Numbered from the stretch's first letter, positions 55,201 to 64,000 are shown. The stretch is 64,000 nucleotides of DNA from an uncultured Verrucomicrobiota bacterium (GCA_902560705.1 CACEMW010000003.1:6125-70124); one strand, 5' to 3'. The notes: generated by a model not told the origin, from the letters alone. A program made the numbers and translations.

Positions 55201-58200
55201 CCTGGGTGCCGAGCAATTGCTGGAGCATCGGGTGATTCACGTCCCCGGAGGGGTTCGCATGGTTCCCTTGGAGATCAACGCTACGCACGTTCCCAATGTG
55301 TTTGTTCAGGCATGGAGTGTCAGCGATCACAAGGTTTATCAGGATCAGGAGTCGGTCACTGTGCCGCCCACCCATGCCTTTCTGGAGGTTGCCGTTGAGG
55401 CAGATCAGGAAGCCTACGCCCCCCGTCAGGAGGCAGAGGTGACGATCCAGGTGCGCGATCACGCGGGTCAGCCCGTGAAGGGTGAGCTGGCTCTGGCGGT
55501 GTATGATGAGTCGGTGACGGCCATCCAATCGGATCTTGCTGGGGATCCAAGGGAAACCTTCTATGGGCAAATGCGCTCCCTCATTGCTTCGCAGGGGGGA
55601 TTAGCGCGGTCCTTTGTGAAATGGTTGGAGGTGGAGGACAAGGGCCTCATGACGGAGGATCAATGGCGGCGTTACCGAGAACTTGGGCTTTCCTCGCCCG
55701 CCGATACGCTGTTGGAGGAGGATTCGAATCTGGCCATGGCCGATTTCAGCAGTCGCGGCTATGCTGGTGGAGCTGCACCTGAGTCGATGATGGCGCTCGC
55801 CGACGCGGCCCCGATGCAGGCTCGGATGATGAAAGGGGCTCCCGTGGCTGGCATGGCCATGGAGATGGATGCTGCGATGCCGGCCGCAGCACCCGCAGGA
55901 GGCGCCGCAGAGGTCGAAATGATCGTGCGCCAGGACATGCGGGCGACTGCCTTTTGGGAGCCTGCCTTGCAGACGGATCAGAATGGTGAGGCCCGACTCA
56001 AGGTTTCGCTGCCAGATACCCTGACTACCTGGAAGTTTGACGCACGCTGCCACGACCAGGACACACGCGTGGGCCGAGCCGAGGCCACGGCCCTGACCCG
56101 TCAGCCGCTGATGGTTCGCCTGCAGACTCCGAGGTTTCTGGTGGTGGGAGATCGAGCCACCCTTTCAGCAGTGGTGCACAATGAGACCGAGGAGGGGGTG
56201 GAGGCGTCGGTGGCCCTCGAGGTACTTTCTGGAAATCTGTCCGGTTGGACCGAAGAGGCTGATCGAAAGGTTCAGATCCCCGCTCAAGGAAAGGTGCGGG
56301 TTGATTGGAGCGATGTGCGGGTCGGCCAGCCCGGTAATGTTCGTCTGCAGGCCTCCGCACGAAGCCATAGTCATGCCGATGCCATGGTGGTGGACCTGGT
56401 GGCGCATGAGCATGGCTTGATGCAGCGTCTGGTGGCTTCTAGCCAAGGCAAGGCCTCTTCACTGGAGCTTTCCTTGAACCTGCCAGAGCAGCGCAGGGCA
56501 GGGAGCACCGAGCTTGAGATCCGGTTGACCCCCAGCCTGGCGGTCTCCATGCTCGATGCCCTGCCATACCTCATCGACTACCCCTACGGATGCACCGAGC
56601 AGACCCTGAGCCGTTTTGTGCCAGCCATGATCGTGCGTCGTACTCTGGAAGATCTGGGCGTTCGGGCTGAGGATGTGGCCGCGCGATCTTTGGGTGGGAT
56701 CGATCCTCAGCAGATGGAGGCGACCCATCGTTCAGGACATGTAGGATGGGATGAAATGGATGCGGTGACCCAGGCTTCCCTTGAGCGTCTGACTGATTTC
56801 CAGCACGCCGATGGCGGGTGGGCTTGGTGGAAGGAAGGTGCTTCCGACATTTTCATGTCTGCTTATGCGGTCTGGGCCCTGAGCTTGGCTCAGGATGCTC
56901 AAGTAGACTTGCCTGAAAACATGTTGCGCCGAGGAAGGGATTTTCTCGCCGCTCGTCTGGTGCAGGCGGAAAATCGCCCGGATCTGCAGGTGTGGATGCT
57001 CCATGCCATCCATGCCGCAGGTCGTGAAGACCTCAGCCCTAAGGGAAAGGAGGCCACGCGCAAGGCCTGGGAGCAGCTTTGGAGAGAGAAAGACACCCTC
57101 AATGCCTATAGCCGAGCCTTGTTGACGCTGGTGGCTCATCATGTTGGCCTGAAGAAGGAGGCCAAGCTCTTGGTGCAACAATTGGAAAATGGCGTGATTC
57201 GGCGAGAGCAGGGGGCAGGATCGGTGCTCGCATCCGGAATCAGGTCAGGAGATTCCGAACCGACCGCTCACTGGGGAGAGGATGGCCTGTTTCGTCACTG
57301 GTCCGATGGTGGTATCGAGGCCACTGCCATGGCCTTGAGGGCCTTGCTGGCCGTGGATCCGGACAATGAACTGGTGGCTCCCGTTGTGCGATGGTTGATT
57401 CAAAACCGACGTGGTGCGCATTGGTCCAATACCCGGGATACGGCCATGGTCCTTTTTGCTCTTACTGACTACCTCAAGCAAAGCGGGGAGCTGGAGGCCA
57501 CCATGCGCTATGAGCTTTATTTCAATGGGGTGCTTCTGGCAACCGAGTCACTGACTCCTGAAAACTGGCTGAAGGCTCCGAGTCGATTCCGAGTGCCGAG
57601 TGCAAGCATTGCGGATCAAAACCTCATCAAGGTCATCCGTGTCGAAGGGGAGGGCACCCTTTATCTGAGCGCCGATGCTTCTTGGTTCAGCACTGAGGAG
57701 CCGGTTTCCGCGGTGGGTAATGAATTGTTCGTACGCAGGGACTACGCTCGCTTGAAGGAAATCCCGACGCTGCTCAAGGGGAGGGTTCTTGCGCGTGAGC
57801 CACTGGCCGATGGGGACTCGCTGGCCAGCGGGGAGCGCGTCGAGGTCATCCTGACCCTCGATGCCTCCAACCATCAATCCTACCTGATGATCGAGGATCT
57901 AAAGCCTGCCGGTTTGGAAGCGGTGGAGGTCCAAAGCGGTGCATCGATCCGGGCGCGAAGACTTTCCCAGAGAGCTGTGGATCGACTCCTTTGGGAGAGC
58001 TTTCCTTCCGATCCGGCCGCGTCTGGGTGGCGATGGTCTGGGCAACAGCAACCCTTGCATCAGGAGTGGCGCGACCGACAAGTCGCTCTGTTTGTCGATG
58101 AACTTCCCGAGGGGGTTTGGGAAATCCGTTACACGCTGCGAGCCGAGGCCCTCGGTGCATTCCACGCATTGCCAGCGGTCGGGCAAGCCATGTACATCCC

Positions 58201-58258
58201 TCAGATCCGCGGGAACAGCCATGAGAAGCGGTTCAAGGTGATCGAAGCCCTGGAGTAG
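52286..58258 (+). CDS. Bacterial alpha-2-macroglobulin family protein (1990 aa) with an intact thioester motif
   Basis: Signal peptide, TPR-like N-terminal region and repeated MG-type beta-sandwich segments. Met/Ala-rich linker MMALADAAPMQARMMKGAPVAGMAMEMDAAMPAAAPAGG. Thioester YPYGCTEQTLSRF. A2M_comp-like region. Confidence 0.9.
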   Translation: MTDMIRLWMGSCLIVTQCLLGAVTPWVEGLPALTEAEVLFARGAYQRSLEAYQGIDVKDEALTAQQQRWILFRRLDSQWRSFSATQQPDQGPLMKVGRSLQRMVDDRDASQGVDAMEAALLESLGDFWWTSRNRRQWNQAWSAYQRALDFWAGSSELEVARDRFLNILWKASAVPQARPYEMYGSAGNYLPVDVLEQATRITQTPEDRSHAYYLLARSLQQRWGVQARSYERILRAFERATDNSIKHAWLDDALAQQAQWLGSQGRAEQRDDGQWSFLPDYPAALKVWRRLLDLYDKEETRYHASATRSVEEILKVRADLAVDHAFKPDSRIRLRVRWRNIESFQLKIYAMDLVQDLALTDKGQLGSYQWIRSVETPSQEPLFQEAVETEDLGRHDPGHKEWVLKESLPEGAYLAIASSGGKELSREWILVSNLMVTARASSNRMLVWVCDARDGRPIPHATVRLWQQTRRGREQQWISFDRQSDAEGLVVMESERADGSSWLITVSKDDGQNLTMLHHPGNRRGQQDPWKVYAFSDRPAYRPEETVYWKAIVRQRDESGYITPAQADLKCRIVDPLGATVFESQVTLNAFGSLHGQWEIASDTPLGMYRLELKDKDDQWVANHTLFRVEEYKLPEMKLSLDWPDLEEGQTPEVPRPGDSVSLDLQASYYFGGPVIDAQVQVRVYRRPYQMISPMPRPYPWMKVADAQGRMMPGRQPESLDKEWSVKTDAQGRALITFDSSDDLSKDMSYRVEVRVSDASRREVVAQKEVRVSRQGHFAHIVGDHRVIEPSQKVVFDIRIQDIQERPLSREGQIKVLRKQWREIWISPEGLEVERPGLGADAGQWKDFPPQPERPDQRPWQFKERGYESEVVSDQVLSSDASGKAIFVFTPTERGYYTLLWTSQDQRPGAPPGPGAEVRAECDLWVGRPEDQDLGYHSQGLEIILDKETFQVGQTAPVLLSVPTSDRWVLLTLGAEQLLEHRVIHVPGGVRMVPLEINATHVPNVFVQAWSVSDHKVYQDQESVTVPPTHAFLEVAVEADQEAYAPRQEAEVTIQVRDHAGQPVKGELALAVYDESVTAIQSDLAGDPRETFYGQMRSLIASQGGLARSFVKWLEVEDKGLMTEDQWRRYRELGLSSPADTLLEEDSNLAMADFSSRGYAGGAAPESMMALADAAPMQARMMKGAPVAGMAMEMDAAMPAAAPAGGAAEVEMIVRQDMRATAFWEPALQTDQNGEARLKVSLPDTLTTWKFDARCHDQDTRVGRAEATALTRQPLMVRLQTPRFLVVGDRATLSAVVHNETEEGVEASVALEVLSGNLSGWTEEADRKVQIPAQGKVRVDWSDVRVGQPGNVRLQASARSHSHADAMVVDLVAHEHGLMQRLVASSQGKASSLELSLNLPEQRRAGSTELEIRLTPSLAVSMLDALPYLIDYPYGCTEQTLSRFVPAMIVRRTLEDLGVRAEDVAARSLGGIDPQQMEATHRSGHVGWDEMDAVTQASLERLTDFQHADGGWAWWKEGASDIFMSAYAVWALSLAQDAQVDLPENMLRRGRDFLAARLVQAENRPDLQVWMLHAIHAAGREDLSPKGKEATRKAWEQLWREKDTLNAYSRALLTLVAHHVGLKKEAKLLVQQLENGVIRREQGAGSVLASGIRSGDSEPTAHWGEDGLFRHWSDGGIEATAMALRALLAVDPDNELVAPVVRWLIQNRRGAHWSNTRDTAMVLFALTDYLKQSGELEATMRYELYFNGVLLATESLTPENWLKAPSRFRVPSASIADQNLIKVIRVEGEGTLYLSADASWFSTEEPVSAVGNELFVRRDYARLKEIPTLLKGRVLAREPLADGDSLASGERVEVILTLDASNHQSYLMIEDLKPAGLEAVEVQSGASIRARRLSQRAVDRLLWESFPSDPAASGWRWSGQQQPLHQEWRDRQVALFVDELPEGVWEIRYTLRAEALGAFHALPAVGQAMYIPQIRGNSHEKRFKVIEALE

Positions 58259-58344
58259 ACGAACCTACTCCCAGGCAAGGTGGAAAGTGATCATCCTCTC
58301 TCAAGCGACGCAGTGTGGGGATCCATCGATGCACTAGCCGTCGA

Positions 58345-58947
58345 TCAAACCGAGTGTCCGCTGGCAGGCAGGACGTTTGCTCGGCGTTGCATCCAGATGC
58401 GCACACCAGCCCCCGCTAGAATCAGCACTGCCACAAGGAACAAGCCGGGTACCAACAATGACAGAATGGAGGCACCCACTGCGCCGCCCAGTTCTACGGT
58501 TGAGATCAGAGGGTTGCCCAAGCCGCCGGTGGTGACGGTGCTGCCACCCCTGAGCAGTGCCATTGAGGCGTGCACGATGCCTGCGGCGCCTCCACCGGCA
58601 ATAAGGGCCAGAGACCATTTCATGACCGGGCTCATGTCGGTAAACACCGAAGCACTTACAATGGCTCCTGCCACGACCGCTGCGGGAGCGGCCATGGTGT
58701 CGAGCAGGTTGTCCACCAGCGGCAGATAATACGCGGCCACCTCCAGGGCGACCGCGGTGCCAAGGGCAAGGACTGCTGGTAAGGTGGCCATCCAGGTAAA
58801 GTTTTCAGACAACTCCAGATGCCCCCCCAGGGCAGCCAGGCTGATGATGAAGGGAGGTACGAAGATGCGGAAGCCGCAGGAGGCGCTCAGGCCCAGGCCA
58901 ATTAGTAAGCTGAGCATGTTTGACGATGTGGGTTGAATCCATTCCAT
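58345..58947 (-). CDS. DUF4126 membrane protein
   Basis: LLIGLGLSASCGFRIFVPPFIISLA...LPAVLALGTAVALEVAAYYLPLVDNLLD pattern. An alternative start at 58917 is possible. Confidence 0.7.
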   Translation of the reverse strand: MEWIQPTSSNMLSLLIGLGLSASCGFRIFVPPFIISLAALGGHLELSENFTWMATLPAVLALGTAVALEVAAYYLPLVDNLLDTMAAPAAVVAGAIVSASVFTDMSPVMKWSLALIAGGGAAGIVHASMALLRGGSTVTTGGLGNPLISTVELGGAVGASILSLLVPGLFLVAVLILAGAGVRIWMQRRANVLPASGHSV

Positions 58948-59163
58948 GAAGGTATTCTTTCTCTTATATTATGTCTTACTCTAGCAAAAGATTCTCAAAA
59001 GGCCCTTACAAAAATGTCTTTTTTTTGGAACGATGCACCCATGCTAGCCGTTTCGCACCCAACCAATCCTTCCCGAATGACACCCTCGTTTGAAGGCATG
59101 AAGGCTTCAGGCCTCTTTCTTTCTATTGCCACTGGATGCAAGGCACCGGCATCATGAAGTGAG

Positions 59164-62100
59164 ATGAAATGCCTCGCGTCAGGGTGGATGGCAGGTGAGA
59201 CCCTATCGCCCCTTCGGTTCAAGATCCTCTGCGGATTGATGGGAATGCTGGGCGCCTGTTCTCTTCAATCTCAGAGCCTTTCGAGCCAAAGCTTGCAGCT
59301 GACGATGGAAGCGGGCCAAGACCTTGAGGGTTTTGTCGGGCTTGCGGCTGAAGACTGCGGGGTTGATTTCCGTAACGATCTGAACCCGCTCAAAGGCGCT
59401 GGCAACCGCGTGCTGTTCAATGGCTCCGGATTGGCTCTTGGAGACTTGAATGGAGATGGGCTACCCGAGGTTTTTTTCTGTGCCATTGATGGGGAGAACG
59501 CACTTTTTACCAATCGGGGTTCCTGGCAGTTTCAGTCGTGTGCTCTTCCTCCATCGCTCAGGCACCCGGGCGTGCCCAGTCGTGGGGTGGTGTTTGCCGA
59601 TGTCGATGGGGACAGGGACTTGGATATCCTCCTGGCGACGGTGGGGCGTGGCGTGCTCGTATTTCTCAATCGCGGGTCCTTTCGTTTCGAGGATGCCAGC
59701 GCTAAAGCCGGGCTGGAAACTCGCTTCAGTGCTTCAGGCCTGACACTGGCCGATGTGGATGGCAATGGGAGTTTGGATGTGTATGTAGCCAACAACCGAG
59801 TCGATGACATTCGGGACAAGGCGCGGGTTCCGGTTCGCAGGGTGGGGAATCAAATTCTTCCACCCAAGCAGTGGGAAGACCGCCTGTTCATTCATCAATC
59901 GCAGCTTCATGAATATGGGGAAGTCGATCACCTGTATCTGAATAATGGCCTGGGGCAGTTCACCCCTGTCTCATGGACGGAAGGAGCCTTTCGCAGCAAT
60001 GGGAAACCTCTTAAGGCCCCGCCGCAGGATTGGGGGCTGAGCGCCATGCTGTGCGATTGGACCGGAGACGGCTGGCCGGACCTGTATGTGTGCAATGATT
60101 ACTGGACGCCCGATCGCCTCTGGGTGGGGGATGGACAAGGAGGCTTTGATGCTCTGGATTCTGCGGCTCTCAAGATCACTTCGGCTAGCTCCATGGGAGT
60201 GGACATGGCAGATGTTGATCAGGATGGGGACCTGGATCTGTTCGTGGCGGACATGCTTGATCGGGACCCGATGCGACGCAAGGCACAGCTCCCTGCCATG
60301 AATTGGGTAGCAAACCTTCCTCATCTTAATGGCCCATGGACGCAGGTCAACCGCAATACCCTGCTTGTGCAAGAATCAGGCGGCCGTTTTGTCGAGACGG
60401 CACAGATGGCAAGCATCCAAGCCTCAGGATGGTCCTGGTGTCCCATCTTCATGGATGTCGACCTGGATGGCCTGGATGACCTGCTGGTGTCCGCAGGTTA
60501 CTCGCACGACATGCAGGACTTGGATGCTCTGGAAAAGATCAAGGGGCTTCAGCACCCCTGGCAAGGCTATCCGGATGAGGCCTCTCTGCAGGCTGCTTTC
60601 ACTCAGGAAATGAAGGAGCATATTGCCCTCTATCCTCCGCTGAAGGAACCGGTGGCTGCATTTCGAAATCTTGGCAAGGGTCAATTCGAAGACGTGACCG
60701 ATCGGTGGGGCACCCAGCATCCTGCCGTGCATCAGGGCTTCGCCACGGCGGATCTGGATGCCGATGGTGATTTGGACCTGGTGCTCAATCGCTTCAATGA
60801 CACCCCTGCCTTATACCGCAATCGGGCCTCGGGCGCCCGCCTCTCGCTTTCCTTGATGGGTAAGGGGCCCAATACCGCGGCCGTGGGGGCGAGGATGTGC
60901 CTAGATGTGGAGGGGCTGCCTTCCATGCAACGAACCGTGATTGCCGGCGGACGCTATCTTTCGCATGGAGAGAGTAAGCAAGTCTTTGCCATGCCGAGTG
61001 CACAAGCCACCGCTTCGCTGAGGATTCGATGGCCGGACGGAAGCCAAAGCGTCCACGACTCCCTCATGGCTCAGCAGCACCACCTCATTCAGCAGCCAGC
61101 GATTCTGGAGGCGCCGGCAAGAGGGGTGACGAACCCATTGCCTGCCTCCGACTCACAACCGTGGTTTGTGGATGCCTCGCATTTGCTGAATCACGCTTCA
61201 AAGCCCTCCCAGGCCAATGACTTTGCCGTGCAACCTAGTTTGCCTTTTGCCCAAGCGCATGGAGGGACCGGCCTTTCAAGCGTGGACATCAATCGGGATG
61301 GGCGCTCGGATATCATTCTGGGGGCAGTGAAGGGCGAGAAAATCACAGTCTTTGAATCTACCGATATCGATGGTGAACCGGGTTTTGAACCTCGAGAACT
61401 CTCCTATAAACTAGTCAATGACAGCACTGGCCTTCTGGCGATGGGGCTCCCCGGAGGAGCCGTCCACTTATTGATGGGACAGGATGGATATCAAACCCGC
61501 GAGGCTCCCTCACTGGTGGAGTTTGATCTCAAAGGTCGCTGGCGAACCCTGTTCTCGAAGGAGCTTCCGGGGATTCACTCCCTGGTCGCAGGTCCGGCCC
61601 AAGGCATGGGGCATTTAGGCGTTGCTGCGATCGGATACACCCGATGGGGTCTCTACCCCAATTGCCATCCATCCTTGATTTTTGAACAGGAGGCAAGCAA
61701 GCCCAACCCATGGCAGATCGCCCCTGATCTTTCCAAAGCACTGCGCTCGGTGGTTCGTCCTCGATCGGCGCTTTGGTGCGATCTGAAGGGAGATGGTTAC
61801 CCGGAGCTTCTCATTGCCTCTCATGGTGGCCCTATTCGACTGTTTGAAAACCGAAAGGGGCATCTGGAAGAAGCAACCGCCCAATGGGGTTTGGATCGTT
61901 GGAGGGGCCTATGGACCTCACTGCTGGCCGCCGACTTGGACGGGAATGGTCACCTGGACCTGGTAGCCGGTAACTTGGGGGCCAATACCCGGTGGCAGGC
62001 TTCCCGGGAAAAACCACTCCGATGGTATTTTGGAGATCCGCTCAAGCGAGGGCGCATGACGCTCCTAGAAGTAGCCTATCACCTGGATGGGGTGCCGGGT

Positions 62101-62889
62101 CTGAGCCTTTCGCGAAACCGCCTGTTAGCGGAGCTTCCTTACGCTCGCGATCTTGCTTCCAGTCATCGGTCACATGCAAAGATGTCAGTTGAGGATGTGC
62201 TCAGCATTCATCCCGACGCATGGGAAGTGCTGGAAGCCAACACGCTTGATTCCATGGTTTTCCTGAACGATGGAGAGGGGTCTTTACGCGCCGAAGCGCT
62301 CCCTCATGCTGTTCAGCGCGCCCCGGTTTCGGGGCTTCAGGCTGCGGATTTCAACGGAGATGGTCAAATTGACTTGATCGTCGGACAGGACACAGCGCAA
62401 GTTTTGGAGGACGGTGTCCCTCTAGCTCAGGGGGGGATGGTTTTTCTCAAGGGTGGGTTGGGAGGAGGGTTCACTACATTGGACCCCAAGGCGACGGGTA
62501 TCGCTGCTGAATGCCAGGGCCGATCCGTGGCGTTGGGCGATTTCAATGGAGACCGAAAGATGGACCTGGTCGTAACCAGCCCAGGCCGGGCGACCCGTTT
62601 GTTCCTGAACCAACTGACCGAGGTCGAGGCCATCAGTATTCGTGTCCGGGGCATGGGGGCAAACCCATGGGGGGTAGGATGTCAGGTAAGAGTGTTAGAT
62701 GATGCGGGGAAAGTTCTTTTCGCTAGGACTATGCCGGGTGGAGGATCGGGCTGGCAAACTCAGAACGACCCTTTGCTGATTTTGCCCATGATTCCCGCTG
62801 ATGTTGAATATCAAGTTCTCTGGCCAGGAGGAGAATGGAGATCACATGATATCGGGGAAGGTGTTGGTTCTGTGACAATTATCGAATGA
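59164..62889 (+). CDS. FG-GAP/VCBS repeat + ASPIC/UnbV (CRTAC1-like) lipoprotein
   Basis: Lipobox MLGAC. Many FG-GAP calcium-binding repeats (ADVDGDRDLDILLA, ADVDGNGSLDVYVAN, DVDQDGDLDLFVAD, DLDADGDLDLVLN, ADLDGNGHLDLVAGN, ADFNGDGQIDLIVG). UnbV_ASPIC-like GARMCLDVEG...GGRYLSHGESKQVF. Confidence 0.85.
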   Translation: MKCLASGWMAGETLSPLRFKILCGLMGMLGACSLQSQSLSSQSLQLTMEAGQDLEGFVGLAAEDCGVDFRNDLNPLKGAGNRVLFNGSGLALGDLNGDGLPEVFFCAIDGENALFTNRGSWQFQSCALPPSLRHPGVPSRGVVFADVDGDRDLDILLATVGRGVLVFLNRGSFRFEDASAKAGLETRFSASGLTLADVDGNGSLDVYVANNRVDDIRDKARVPVRRVGNQILPPKQWEDRLFIHQSQLHEYGEVDHLYLNNGLGQFTPVSWTEGAFRSNGKPLKAPPQDWGLSAMLCDWTGDGWPDLYVCNDYWTPDRLWVGDGQGGFDALDSAALKITSASSMGVDMADVDQDGDLDLFVADMLDRDPMRRKAQLPAMNWVANLPHLNGPWTQVNRNTLLVQESGGRFVETAQMASIQASGWSWCPIFMDVDLDGLDDLLVSAGYSHDMQDLDALEKIKGLQHPWQGYPDEASLQAAFTQEMKEHIALYPPLKEPVAAFRNLGKGQFEDVTDRWGTQHPAVHQGFATADLDADGDLDLVLNRFNDTPALYRNRASGARLSLSLMGKGPNTAAVGARMCLDVEGLPSMQRTVIAGGRYLSHGESKQVFAMPSAQATASLRIRWPDGSQSVHDSLMAQQHHLIQQPAILEAPARGVTNPLPASDSQPWFVDASHLLNHASKPSQANDFAVQPSLPFAQAHGGTGLSSVDINRDGRSDIILGAVKGEKITVFESTDIDGEPGFEPRELSYKLVNDSTGLLAMGLPGGAVHLLMGQDGYQTREAPSLVEFDLKGRWRTLFSKELPGIHSLVAGPAQGMGHLGVAAIGYTRWGLYPNCHPSLIFEQEASKPNPWQIAPDLSKALRSVVRPRSALWCDLKGDGYPELLIASHGGPIRLFENRKGHLEEATAQWGLDRWRGLWTSLLAADLDGNGHLDLVAGNLGANTRWQASREKPLRWYFGDPLKRGRMTLLEVAYHLDGVPGLSLSRNRLLAELPYARDLASSHRSHAKMSVEDVLSIHPDAWEVLEANTLDSMVFLNDGEGSLRAEALPHAVQRAPVSGLQAADFNGDGQIDLIVGQDTAQVLEDGVPLAQGGMVFLKGGLGGGFTTLDPKATGIAAECQGRSVALGDFNGDRKMDLVVTSPGRATRLFLNQLTEVEAISIRVRGMGANPWGVGCQVRVLDDAGKVLFARTMPGGGSGWQTQNDPLLILPMIPADVEYQVLWPGGEWRSHDIGEGVGSVTIIE

Positions 62890-62968
62890 CTGGTCCTTCT
62901 AGCATCGTATTTCCCATGTTGGTTTCTGCGAAATAAAGGCGCGAGTGCCTGCATCTGGCTTAGTTATT

Positions 62969-63012
62969 CCCGGTAATGTCAAAATACTATCGACGTTTTT
63001 GACATTACCCGG
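62969..63012. repeat. 44-nt imperfect palindrome (hairpin) in the intergenic region
   Basis: CC-c-GGTAATGTCAAAA / 12-nt loop TACTATCGACGT / TTTTGACATTACC-c-GG. This gives 13 contiguous base pairs plus 2 more after one mismatch. Confidence 0.7.
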
Positions 63013-63186
63013 TTACTAAAAAAACAAAAAAAGGCTCGATCAATGAGGCTTTTTCACCATTCTGTCCCTATTCTCGTTACCATCTTTTTCTATGCGCATG
63101 CGATGACCTGACCATTCTTTTTGAACTGGAGTGGCAATATTCGGATGCTGTGAGCTTAAGGTGGTATCAAAATCAATCAAAACCAC

Positions 63187-64000
63187 ATGAAAATGCTCAA
63201 GAAAAACAAGTGTATCCTATTTTTGTTTGGGGCTATTATGGTTTCCATATCTAGTTATGGTGCCGCCCCATCCATAAAGCTGGCTACGGGCTCAGATTCC
63301 TTCAATGAGGTTAAAGTAATCTTCTCTGAAGCTGTCGATTCCGCTACCGGTGGTAATGCTTCCAATTATAAACTCTCCGGTGGACTCACTATCAGTGAAG
63401 CCAATGTAGAAGCTGCTCCTAATGACAATACCGTCATTCTTCAGACCTCTCAGCAGTCAGTGGGGACAGAATATACCGTCACCGTGAACAATGTGCAGGA
63501 CTTGTCAGGTAATGCCATCGAGGCTGGTTCAACCATGGAATTCAGCTCCTTTATTTGGCAAGAGGGAGTGGTCCTACACAAGTTCTGGCAATTTGATGAG
63601 ACCCCTAATCTTGAAACCCTCCAAAATGATCCGCGATTTCCTGATAATCCTACATCTGTAACACTGGAGCCCTACTGGGAGTATGGCCCAGGAGGATCAA
63701 ACGAGAGCGGGGGGAATTACGGAAACCAACTTGTGGGATACTTTATTCCACCAGCAGATGGTAACTATATTTTCTTTACCAATAGTGATGATCCTTCAAA
63801 TCTTTACCTCAGCACAGACGATGACCCTACAAACAAACTTTTGATTGCTCAGGAAACTGGCTGGTCTAACGCCCGATCTTGGGTTTCTGTAGGGGGTGGG
63901 AGCAATGTGGATGACAAGCGCTCGGACTTGTTTTGGGAGAGTGAATGGCCCACTTATGACATTAAATTGGATGCGGGTAATCGCTACTATTTGGAATCTA
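63187..64000 (+). CDS. Secreted Ig-like (SbsA/Big_5-type) + PA14-like domain protein, 5' part (open at window edge)
   Basis: Hand translation gives MKMLKKNKCILFLFGAIMVSISSYGAAPSIKLATG...VKVIFSEAVDSATGGNASNYKLSGG...TEYTVTVNNVQDLSGNAI, then GNYGNQLVGYFIPPADGNYIFFTNSDDPSNLYLS (PA14-type). It is not in the ORF track and has no stop before the window end. Confidence 0.7.
   Translation, partial: MKMLKKNKCILFLFGAIMVSISSYGAAPSIKLATGSDSFNEVKVIFSEAVDSATGGNASNYKLSGGLTISEANVEAAPNDNTVILQTSQQSVGTEYTVTVNNVQDLSGNAIEAGSTMEFSSFIWQEGVVLHKFWQFDETPNLETLQNDPRFPDNPTSVTLEPYWEYGPGGSNESGGNYGNQLVGYFIPPADGNYIFFTNSDDPSNLYLSTDDDPTNKLLIAQETGWSNARSWVSVGGGSNVDDKRSDLFWESEWPTYDIKLDAGNRYYLES

Noticed and set aside
1-64000. CRISPR arrays, transposases, integrases, prophage genes, toxin-antitoxin pairs and known defence systems
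   Set aside because: I scanned the ORF products and intergenic regions and saw no repeat-spacer periodicity, no DDE/serine/tyrosine recombinase motifs, and no nuclease/helicase/methyltransferase clusters typical of defence islands. The window reads as chromosomal backbone with metabolic and envelope genes.

Overview
About 64 kb of chromosomal DNA with the gene content of a PVC-superphylum bacterium, most likely Verrucomicrobiota. Markers for this are a PSCyt1/DUF1549/DUF1553 protein, a prepilin-like protein with the GFTLIELLVV N-terminus, an ASPIC/UnbV FG-GAP lipoprotein, several twin-arginine signal proteins and BNR/Asp-box hydrolases. I call about 50 protein-coding genes (two of them apparent pseudogenes), one tRNA-Lys(UUU), two plausible intrinsic terminators and one Pho-box-like operator. 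I saw no rRNA, CRISPR array, transposase, integrase or phage genes. Housekeeping anchors are rpmH-rnpA-yidD-yidC-jag, thrS, an aspartate aminotransferase, pit/phoU and a C4-dicarboxylate module. There is no recognisable defence island. The uncharacterised candidates, in my order of interest, are: (1) a radical SAM enzyme, a DUF116-prenyl diphosphate synthase fusion and a PQQ-type dehydrogenase (39.5-43.9 kb); (2) a binding-protein-less NitT/TauT-type ABC permease and ATPase translationally coupled to a two-domain classical AAA ATPase (43.9-47.5 kb); (3) a DUF4956 / VTC (polyphosphate-polymerase-like) / lamin-tail-domain operon (30.2-32.4 kb); (4) a five-gene operon of two tandem paralogs (one Tat-exported, one without a signal), a SHOCT-DUF4870 protein, a YhdT-like protein and a sodium:solute symporter (24.0-29.2 kb). 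Smaller observations are a frameshifted ZIP transporter, a gene interrupted by one in-frame TAA, an oxaloacetate-decarboxylase-type carboxyltransferase with no biotinyl domain, a ThrRS lacking the TGS domain next to thrH, and a compositional break with a long palindrome at the 3' end. All family calls come from motif recognition by eye. No database search was run.
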